Shown here piece by piece: positions 49,029 to 56,946 of a stretch of 64,000 bases of DNA. Origin of the DNA: an uncultured candidate division Zixibacteria bacterium (lineage in GTDB: Bacteria > Zixibacteria > MSB-5A5 > RBG-16-43-9); assembly GCA_963713865.1 (NCBI GenBank), contig OY970208.1:512001-576000 (forward strand), read 5' to 3'. The position numbers were made by a program, and so were the translations under genes. Position 1 is the stretch's first letter. Every line of letters begins with the position of its first letter. The notes under the pieces are model-generated. The model worked only from the letters and a program-made list of their open reading frames with translations. It did not search any database and was not told where the DNA came from.

Positions 49029-50100
49029 AAACACAGAACTCGCTATAATGCCTACTTTTCGCTGTAATGCCCATTGTCAGATGTGTCATATCTGGCAGCA
49101 TCCGAGCAAAAGAGAAGAGGAGCTAACCCTGGAGGATATAGATAAACTTCCTGAAGGTTTTGCGCGCATCAATCTCGGAGGAGGAGAACCAACTCTTCGC
49201 AAGGACATTATTGAAATAGTAGATATTCTCTCAAAAAAAACAAAACATCTTGAGATCAGCACCAATGGTTATTTTACAGAGAAATTAGTCTCCATCGCTA
49301 AAAAACATCCGGATATAAGGATAAGGATTAGCCTGGAAGGTCTGCCCAGGAAAAATGACCAGATCCGTGGAATCAGAAACGGATTTGACCGGGCAATGAG
49401 AAGCATGCTTAAACTAAAAGAACTGGGGATAAAAGATATCGGTTTTGCCATAACCATATCCCATCGGAATGCGGATGAACTGGTAAATTTATACCATCTC
49501 TGTACCTATCTGGGAATTGAGTTCAGCCAGTGCGTGGTTCATAATGCCTGGCAATTCCGCATACCGGATAATCTGATTGACGATAAGGGAAAGGTCATAG
49601 GCGAGATTAAAAACTTCATCCGGGAATTACTTCGATCAAAACGAAGAAATTATTTTTTAAAAGTTAAAGACTGGTATCGGGCTTATATGAACAGAGGATT
49701 TATAAATTTCATATTGGGGGATAAAAGGCTCCTTCCCTGTGGGGCAGGAACAGACATAGTATTCATTGACCCCTATGGTGAAGTTTATCCCTGTAATGCT
49801 CTTAAGGAATCGATGGGTAACATAAAGGAGAAAAGTTTTGAACAGATCTGGAACGGCTCTCAGGTAAAAATGGTTCGAGAAATAGTTTCCAGATGCCCGG
49901 AGAACTGCTGGATGACCGGAACTGCCAAACCTGCACTCAGAAGAAATATACTGAAGCCAAGTTTGTGGATTTTAAAAAACAAGATAAGGCTTTTTTTGGG
50001 GAAAGATCTTATTGGGGACCTTGAGGGAGGAGAAGACCTTAAAAAACTTAAGAGAATTGAAGAAAAGGAAGAAAGTTATTGCCAGCTGATAAACTCTTAA
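49021..50100 (+). CDS. Radical SAM protein with SPASM/twitch domain
   Basis: CNAHCQMC, GGGEP, CGAG..IDPYGEVYPC, CPENC. Confidence 0.9.
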   Translation: MFKNTELAIMPTFRCNAHCQMCHIWQHPSKREEELTLEDIDKLPEGFARINLGGGEPTLRKDIIEIVDILSKKTKHLEISTNGYFTEKLVSIAKKHPDIRIRISLEGLPRKNDQIRGIRNGFDRAMRSMLKLKELGIKDIGFAITISHRNADELVNLYHLCTYLGIEFSQCVVHNAWQFRIPDNLIDDKGKVIGEIKNFIRELLRSKRRNYFLKVKDWYRAYMNRGFINFILGDKRLLPCGAGTDIVFIDPYGEVYPCNALKESMGNIKEKSFEQIWNGSQVKMVREIVSRCPENCWMTGTAKPALRRNILKPSLWILKNKIRLFLGKDLIGDLEGGEDLKKLKRIEEKEESYCQLINS

Positions 50101-50265
50101 GTTAAATGTTATTTTCTAAATAAATCCCCTAACGGAAAAAATTACTTTTTTTAAGAAATATATTCCTGTTGTACTCAAAATCTGAACTTTATTTCAAAAA
50201 ATATCTCCAAAGCTTATTCTTTGATATTCAATGAGTTACATATTAAACTCAACGGGAAACTCCTA

Positions 50266-50282
50266 TAGGCACGCCTTTTGCT
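50266..50282 (+). promoter_or_regulatory. sigma54 promoter of glycan operon 2
   Basis: TAGGCACGCCTTTTGCT, GG-N10-GC; IHF-like ATTCAATGAGTTA at 50226-50238. Confidence 0.8.
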
Positions 50283-50289
50283 AAAATAT

Positions 50290-50465
50290 TGAACAGAATT
50301 TGTTAAGATTTTCAGGATGATGTCGATTAAAGCAAAAGGATAAGCTATGTCCAGGGAAGGGGCGAAAAAAAGTAAAAAGGCTCGTCCAGAAAGAATGGAC
50401 TCAGTCGAGCTTAGCTGGAAGCTAAAGCTAAACTGCCGGAGAAAAAAATGGGGGGTTACTTTCAA
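50290..50465 (+). ncRNA. Conserved structured 5' leader, copy 2 (unassigned family)
   Basis: Paralog of 33228-33402; stems conserved, loops varied. Confidence 0.6.
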
Positions 50466-50539
50466 CTGTTTCCAAATAATCTTTCTCTGTAATTTATCAG
50501 TAACAGTGAGTATTATTAAACTTTTTACTTCATAAAAAT

Positions 50540-51499
50540 ATGCGTTATTTTATTACCGGCGGAGCCGGTTTCATTGGAAGCCACCTGGTGGATAGGTTAA
50601 TTCTTGAAGGAAAGGTTACGGTTTTTGATAACCTCTCCTCAGGTAGAATTGAGTTCATCACCCACCATTTTGGTAATCCAAATTTTGAATTTATACAAAA
50701 AGACCTGCTAGACTTGGATGATTTAAAAGAAGCCATAAAAGACCATGACGTAGTTTTCCATTTAGCTGCAAACCCTGATGCTCGTTTAGGGATTGATGAT
50801 ACCAGCCTGGATTTGAAACAGGAGACCTTAGCCACCTATAACGTTTTAGAAGCGATGAGAGAAGCTGGTATAAAAAAGATTGTCTTCTCCTCCTCTGGCA
50901 CTATCTATGGAGAGACTCCAGTTATCCCTCTTCCAGAAAACTATGGTCCGGTTCTTCCCATCTCCCTCTATGGTGCAGGAAAGGTAGCCAGTGAGGCTTT
51001 GCTCTCTGCTTTCTGTCATACGTTTGACATGCAAAGCTGGATTTACAGATTTGCCAATATCGTTGGTCCACGAGGGACCCATGGGGTAATTTTCGATTTC
51101 CTGCATAAACTGAAAAGAAACCCAAATGAATTAGAGATACTGGGAGATGGAAATCAGAAGAAACCTTACCTCTCAGTAGAAGATTGTGTGGAGGGGATAC
51201 TGTTCGGTTTTGAAAATTCAAACGAGAGGGTGAATTTCTTCAATCTGGGCTGTGAATCTACGACGGATGTGAGGACAATTGCCAAGATGGTTGTAAAAGA
51301 GATGGGTTTGGAAAGCGTTAAATTCGAATACACCGGTGGTGATAGAGGCTGGCCCGGTGATGTCCCGCAGGTGAGGTTTAATACAGAAAAGATGGAAAAG
51401 TTAGGATGGAAACCCAGATACACATCCGACCAGGCAGTTGAAAGAGCTGTAAAATTCCTGGTTGAAGAGATCATAGGAGAGAAAGTATGCAGTTGGTAA
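50540..51499 (+). CDS. NAD-dependent epimerase/dehydratase (extended SDR)
   Basis: TGGAGFIGSH, HLAANPD, YGAGK, GWPGDV. Confidence 0.9.
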   Translation: MRYFITGGAGFIGSHLVDRLILEGKVTVFDNLSSGRIEFITHHFGNPNFEFIQKDLLDLDDLKEAIKDHDVVFHLAANPDARLGIDDTSLDLKQETLATYNVLEAMREAGIKKIVFSSSGTIYGETPVIPLPENYGPVLPISLYGAGKVASEALLSAFCHTFDMQSWIYRFANIVGPRGTHGVIFDFLHKLKRNPNELEILGDGNQKKPYLSVEDCVEGILFGFENSNERVNFFNLGCESTTDVRTIAKMVVKEMGLESVKFEYTGGDRGWPGDVPQVRFNTEKMEKLGWKPRYTSDQAVERAVKFLVEEIIGEKVCSW

Positions 51500-52200
51500 T
51501 CTTAGCTGGAGGTTTAGCCACAAGGCTTTTCCCTTTAACTTCAAAAGTGCCTAAATCTATGCTCGAGATAAATAAACGTCCTTTTCTGGAATATCAGTTA
51601 GAGCTTTTAAAAGAGTATGAGATAAAAGATGTTCTTCTCTGCCTGGGATATAAAGGTGAATTAATTAAAAACCATTTCGGAGATGGGAAAAAATTTGGAG
51701 TTAACCTCTCTTACAGCTTTGATGGGGAGAAACTTTTAGGCACTGCTGGTGCCCTTAAAAAGGCTTATAAGATTTTAAATGATAATTTCATTCTGATGTA
51801 TGGAGATTCCTATCTCCCTTATGACTATTGGAAAATAGAAGAAGCCTTTAAAAACTCTGAGAAACTCTCTTTGATGGTGGTGTATAAAAATCAGAACCGG
51901 TTTGATAAAAGCAATATTCTAATCGCAGATGACTTGGTAAAAGTTTATGATAAAACTCTTAAAGGTGAGAATTTAGAATATATCGATGCTGGGCTTTCGA
52001 TTCTCAAAAAAGAGGTCTTAAGCCTTGTGCCGGAGGATGAGCCTTTCGATTTACAGGAACTCTATAAAACCTTGATCTCTGAACAGGAGATGTTAGCCTA
52101 CGAAGTTAAACAGAGGTTCTACCAAATCGGTTCTCTCGAGGGGTTAGAGGAATTTAAAAACTTAGTTGAAAAGGGGGCAAAAATCTATGATCGTTACTAG
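51487..52200 (+). CDS. Sugar-phosphate nucleotidyltransferase (HddC-like)
   Basis: LAGGLATRL, PKSML, LLGTAGAL, YGDSY; next to hddA/gmhA/gmhB. Confidence 0.85.
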   Translation: MQLVILAGGLATRLFPLTSKVPKSMLEINKRPFLEYQLELLKEYEIKDVLLCLGYKGELIKNHFGDGKKFGVNLSYSFDGEKLLGTAGALKKAYKILNDNFILMYGDSYLPYDYWKIEEAFKNSEKLSLMVVYKNQNRFDKSNILIADDLVKVYDKTLKGENLEYIDAGLSILKKEVLSLVPEDEPFDLQELYKTLISEQEMLAYEVKQRFYQIGSLEGLEEFKNLVEKGAKIYDRY

Positions 52201-53170
52201 AACACCATTACGCATACCCTTAGGTGGAGGAGGAACAGACCTTCCTTCTTATTATACTCAATATGGCGGCTTTTTGATCAGTGCTGCTATTGATAAATAT
52301 ATCTATATCACTTTAAACAAAAGATTTGAGAAAAGCATCCGGCTAAGTTATTCCTTAACCGAGATAGTAGATTCAGTAGAGGAGATCAAGCACCCCATTG
52401 TCAAAGAGGCACTGAAACTTCTGAAGATCGACTCAGGTATCGAGATCACCTCTATAGCAGATGTCCCATCTAATACCGGTCTGGGAACCTCATCCGCCTT
52501 TACCGTCGGGCTTTTAAACGCACTTCATACTTACAAAAACGAAAAGGTTAATGCCAGAGATTTGGCTGAGGAGGCTTGCTATATTGAGATAGAGCTTCTA
52601 AAAGAACCAATCGGAAAACAGGACCAGTACCTGGCTGCATTCGGAGGGATAATCTGCTTGGATATTGACAGGTTAGGTACTGTCAGAGTGCTCCCGCTGA
52701 AACTATCTGAGGACACTTTAGACCAATTAGAAAGTAATACTTTAATTTTCTATACTGGAATCAAGCGATCTGCCTCAGAGGTCTTGGGTTCTCAGAGTAA
52801 AGATGCCAGCCTGAATCAGGATAAGGTAATTCAAGGAATGCACGAGATTAAAAAGATCGGTTTGGAGATAAAGGAATGTTTTGAAAAAGAGGATCTGGAG
52901 AGGTTTGGAAACCTGTTAGATCTGCACTGGCAGACCAAGAAAACTCTTTCGGATAAGATGACTAAGGAAAGGATAGACCAGTGGTATGAAATTGCCAGGA
53001 AGAATGGAGCTTTAGGAGGAAAACTTATGGGCGCGGGGGGTGGAGGATTCTTTATGTTTTACTGCAATAATGGTAAAAACGGCTTACGAAAGACAATGGA
53101 ACAGGAGAATCTGAAGGAGATGAGGTTCAGGTTGGATTTTGAAGGTTCAAAAGTTTTAATAAATATCTAA
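52187..53170 (+). CDS. hddA: D-glycero-alpha-D-manno-heptose-7-phosphate kinase (GHMP)
   Basis: TPLRIPLGGGGTD, TGLGTSSA, GKQDQY, KLMGAGGGGF. Confidence 0.85.
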   Translation: MIVTRTPLRIPLGGGGTDLPSYYTQYGGFLISAAIDKYIYITLNKRFEKSIRLSYSLTEIVDSVEEIKHPIVKEALKLLKIDSGIEITSIADVPSNTGLGTSSAFTVGLLNALHTYKNEKVNARDLAEEACYIEIELLKEPIGKQDQYLAAFGGIICLDIDRLGTVRVLPLKLSEDTLDQLESNTLIFYTGIKRSASEVLGSQSKDASLNQDKVIQGMHEIKKIGLEIKECFEKEDLERFGNLLDLHWQTKKTLSDKMTKERIDQWYEIARKNGALGGKLMGAGGGGFFMFYCNNGKNGLRKTMEQENLKEMRFRLDFEGSKVLINI

Positions 53171-53182
53171 TGGGGGGAAATT

Positions 53183-53849
53183 ATGAATAAAACCTTGACT
53201 CTTGCTACTACTTTTGAGGAAAGGCTTTCTAACCAGAACCTTTACTGAATCCTATCTGGAAGATATGAAAGAGATAGTCGATAAGCTCTCCGTCGAGAAA
53301 ATCGACAGGATAATCGAGCTTCTTTTTTCAGCCTGGGAAAAGGGAAGAACTATCTTCGTTATGGGGAATGGCGGTTCCGCCTCAACTGCTACTCATTTTG
53401 CTTGCGACCTGTCTAAATGCACCACTGTAGAGGGGAAGAAAAGGTTCCGGGTCATCTGTTTAAATGAAAATATCCCGCTGATGAGCGCTCTAATAAATGA
53501 CAACGGCTTTGACAATCTTTTCTCTGAACAGCTCAAAAATCTAATACAGAAAAAAGATTTTCTGGTAGCCTTTTCAGTTCACGGGGGGTCTGGCAAAGAC
53601 AAAGCCGGGTTATGGTCTCAGAATTTACTTAAAGCTATGCTCCTGGCTAAGGAGGAATATCAGGCAACTTTAATCGGATTCTCCGGGTTTGAGGGAGGAG
53701 CGATGAAAGAGGTTGCAGATGAATGTTTGGTGATACCCGCTAATTCCACACCGCAGGTGGAATCGTTTCATCTGGCTATGGAACATCTTATCTGCAACTG
53801 TTTAAGAAAAAAGATAGAGGATTATGAACCGGGCAGTATTTTTAGATAG
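53183..53849 (+). CDS. gmhA: Sedoheptulose-7-phosphate isomerase (SIS); probable +1 frameshift near 53231
   Basis: GNGGSASTATHFACD, QVESFH; the RBS-supported ATG 53183 is out of frame with the body by 1 nt. Confidence 0.82.
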
Positions 53850-54426
53850 AGATGGGGTTATAAACCGGATAGTCTATCATTCGGATATGGGGGTTTTAGA
53901 TACCCCTTTTCATCCCTCTCAATTCAAGCTTTTGCCCGGAGTTGAAAAAGCTTTAAGGAAGATAAATAGACTCGGTTTCAAAACTATAATAATATCCAAC
54001 CAGCCTGGTGTTGCCAAAAAGCATATGAGCCTGGAAAATTTTCACCAGATAGATTTAAAAATGAGAAAAGAATTAGCTGAAAAGAAAGTGTTTTTGGATG
54101 CAGTCTATTATTGCCTGCATCATCCTCAGGGGGTCGATAAAAGGTTTAAGAAAATTTGCAGTTGCCGTAAGCCTAAATCCGGCTTAATCCTTAAAGCCGC
54201 GAAAGAGCAAAAAATTGATCTTGAAAACTCCTATATGATAGGTGATAGCCTTACTGATATCCAGGCCGGTGGAAAAGCAGGCTGTACAACTTTTCTATTA
54301 GGTAATCACAAATGTGACCTGTGTAAATTTATGGAAGAAAAAAATGCTAAGCCGGATTTCATCGTCAAAAACCTTTATCAGGCAGCTAAGTTTATAGAAA
54401 AAATGGTCCAAAATAATAACTCATAG
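53824..54426 (+). CDS. gmhB: Heptose-1,7-bisphosphate phosphatase
   Basis: AVFLDRDGVIN, SNQPG, CLHHP, CSCRKPKSG, MIGD. Confidence 0.9.
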   Translation: MNRAVFLDRDGVINRIVYHSDMGVLDTPFHPSQFKLLPGVEKALRKINRLGFKTIIISNQPGVAKKHMSLENFHQIDLKMRKELAEKKVFLDAVYYCLHHPQGVDKRFKKICSCRKPKSGLILKAAKEQKIDLENSYMIGDSLTDIQAGGKAGCTTFLLGNHKCDLCKFMEEKNAKPDFIVKNLYQAAKFIEKMVQNNNS

Positions 54427-54444
54427 GATAGGAAGGGGGAAAAA

Positions 54445-55167
54445 ATGGAACTTTACATCGACACTGCCAATATCCAGGAGATCAAAGAGGCGTTAAGCTG
54501 GGGCTGTATCTCCGGCGCAACCACCAATCCCAAGATTATGTCCAATGAAAAAGGTGGATATAGTTTCAAACAGAAGATTCTGGAGATTGTGGAGTTAGTT
54601 AAAAACCCGGTAAGCGTGGAAGTAACCGAAGAGGATTTTCAAGGTATGGTAGATGAAGCAAAAATCTATGCCTCCTGGGATGAAAAGATCGTCATCAAAA
54701 TACCGATGGGGATTGAAGGTTTAAAAGCTGTAACTCAACTGGAAAGATCTGAAGGGGTAAGGACGAATGTCACTGCGATTATGTCTACTAATCAGGCTAT
54801 CTTAACTGCTCTATCCGGAGCATCTTATGCCAGCATCTTCTATGGAAGGGTCTCGGATATGGGGTACGATCCAGCGGAAGTTATAAAGGATACTTCCAGA
54901 CTTTTTAATGAGTTTAATATTAAAACCAAACTGATTGTGGGAAGTATCCGCTCCATGTTAGATGTCAACAAAGCCTTTTTTGCCGGAGCAGACATAGTAA
55001 CAGTTCCTTTCCCCATTTTGAAGAAGATGACGCAGAATCCAAAGACTGAGGAGACTGTAAAAGAGTTCAACTCAATTTGGAGAGAGATGAAAGAAAAGGG
55101 ATTAATTAAATTAGATGAGGAGATCCCTTCCAGAACCTTAACCTTTACCCTGGCAAAAGAGGCATGA
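54445..55167 (+). CDS. tal: Transaldolase (TalC/FSA-type fold)
   Basis: IDTAN, TTNP, VSVEV, VIKIP, NVT, SIFYGR, GSIR. Confidence 0.85.
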   Translation: MELYIDTANIQEIKEALSWGCISGATTNPKIMSNEKGGYSFKQKILEIVELVKNPVSVEVTEEDFQGMVDEAKIYASWDEKIVIKIPMGIEGLKAVTQLERSEGVRTNVTAIMSTNQAILTALSGASYASIFYGRVSDMGYDPAEVIKDTSRLFNEFNIKTKLIVGSIRSMLDVNKAFFAGADIVTVPFPILKKMTQNPKTEETVKEFNSIWREMKEKGLIKLDEEIPSRTLTFTLAKEA

Positions 55168-56264
55168 AAATAGCTTTTATCGGACAGAAGGGGATACCTG
55201 CTACTTATGGAGGAGTAGAAGATTTTACTGAAAAAGTAGCGCTCAGACTCTCAAAAAAAGGGCACCAGGTAACAGTCTATTGCCGACCCTATTACACTCA
55301 AATCGAAGGGGAGTATAAAGGGGTAGCTCTGAAGAAAATAAAAAGTATTAAAACCAAGCACTTGGATGCAATCTCTCATACTCTATTCTCAAGTCTGGAT
55401 ACGCTTTTTAAGGATTATGACCTGATAAATTATCAGGGGATAGGACCTTCTTCTTTATCTTTCCTTCCAAGACTAAATAGTAAAACTAAAGTAGTGGTGA
55501 CGATCCATAGCTTAGACTGGAAAAGGAAAAAATGGGGTCCCTTGGCTAAAACCCTTTTGAGAGTAGCCGAGTATCCCTCTGTCTTTTTCCCGCATAGGGT
55601 AGCCACAGTCTCTCAGGAGTTGAAAAGTTACCTGGAGAAAAGATTCAGAAGGGAAATTTTTAAATTTACACCCGGGATCGACCCTCCGAATTATAGAGAG
55701 CCCCAGAGGATTAAAAGGTTTGGCCTGGAAAAGGAGAAGTTCATTCTTTTTTTAGGAAGATTAGTCCCGGAAAAAGGATGCCAGTATCTTTTAGAAGCTT
55801 TTAAGTATTTAGATACTGATTACAAGCTTTTCATAGCTGGAAACGGATTTTTCTCAGAGGATTACCTGAAAAAACTTCACCAGTATAAAAGCGAGCGGAT
55901 TATTTTCGGCGGTTTTGTAGAAAAAGAGGTTTTAGAGGAGCTTTTCTCCAATGCTTACCTGTATCTCCTTCCTTCGGAAATCGAAGGGGTTCCTCAGTCT
56001 TTACTTCAGGCTTTAAGCTACGGCAGATGCGTCTTAGCCAGCGATATTCCTGAGAACAAGGAGGCTATGGGTAAATGGGGTTTCTATTTCAGAAACAAAG
56101 ATGTAAAAGATTTAAGAGAGAATTTAACCTCTCTTTTAAGCGATAAAGAATTAGTGCTCAATGGAGGAAATCAAAGGAGCAGTTACGTCAGATCAAGATT
56201 CTCCTGGGACAGAACCGCAGAGGACTTAGAGAAACTTTTCATCCAGTGTCTGGAAAAGTGCTAA
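55164..56264 (+). CDS. GT4 glycosyltransferase
   Basis: GQKGIPATYGGVE, LGRLVPEKG, PSEIEG, ASDIPEN. Confidence 0.9.
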   Translation: MKIAFIGQKGIPATYGGVEDFTEKVALRLSKKGHQVTVYCRPYYTQIEGEYKGVALKKIKSIKTKHLDAISHTLFSSLDTLFKDYDLINYQGIGPSSLSFLPRLNSKTKVVVTIHSLDWKRKKWGPLAKTLLRVAEYPSVFFPHRVATVSQELKSYLEKRFRREIFKFTPGIDPPNYREPQRIKRFGLEKEKFILFLGRLVPEKGCQYLLEAFKYLDTDYKLFIAGNGFFSEDYLKKLHQYKSERIIFGGFVEKEVLEELFSNAYLYLLPSEIEGVPQSLLQALSYGRCVLASDIPENKEAMGKWGFYFRNKDVKDLRENLTSLLSDKELVLNGGNQRSSYVRSRFSWDRTAEDLEKLFIQCLEKC

Positions 56265-56277
56265 AAGGAAAAATAAT

Positions 56278-56946
56278 ATGAAGAAAATTTTTATTCCTAC
56301 AAATGGACCAGAAGATTGGAGGAAATTTTTAGCTGATCCCAATAAACACTGGAAACCAGGTTATTCAGCTCATGAACTGGCACGCTGTTGGGAAGAGACA
56401 GATGATTTCCCTGAGTCGGTGCGGAGAGTATTTAAAGATTCTGGAATAGATTTATTTCAAGATGTAAAATTATTGTTGGCTTTTCCTGAATACAAGGTAG
56501 AATTACCACCAACTGGAGGACACCCCTCACAAAATGATATTTTCATTTTGGCAAAAGGAAATTGTCAATTAATCTCTATAGCTGTAGAAGGAAAGGTGTC
56601 AGAAGGTTTTGGTGAAACTATAGCTGAGTGGAGAGTAAGCAATAAAGAAGGAAAACAAGAAAGATTGAAGTTTTTGCTCAGCAAATTACAATTGAGTGAA
56701 GATAATATTCTTCATGTTCGTTATCAACTTCTACATAGAATAGCTTCAGCCATAATTGAAGCAGAAAAGTTTGGGGCAAAAAATGCTTTAATGTTAGTTC
56801 ACTCTTTTAGTCAAAACGATGAGGGGTTTGATCATTATCGGCAATTTTCAAAACTATTCAATTCGGATGGTAAAATAAATTCTTTAGTATTTGCAAAAAA
56901 TATAAGAGGAATAGACTTATATCTTGGCTGGGTTAAAGAAGTGTGA
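56278..56946 (+). CDS. Hypothetical protein, DUF6946-like, PD-(D/E)xK nuclease-like
   Basis: HWKPGYSAHELARCWE, FPEYKV, SQNDIF, AVEGK, RYQLLHR. Confidence 0.6.
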   Translation: MKKIFIPTNGPEDWRKFLADPNKHWKPGYSAHELARCWEETDDFPESVRRVFKDSGIDLFQDVKLLLAFPEYKVELPPTGGHPSQNDIFILAKGNCQLISIAVEGKVSEGFGETIAEWRVSNKEGKQERLKFLLSKLQLSEDNILHVRYQLLHRIASAIIEAEKFGAKNALMLVHSFSQNDEGFDHYRQFSKLFNSDGKINSLVFAKNIRGIDLYLGWVKEV

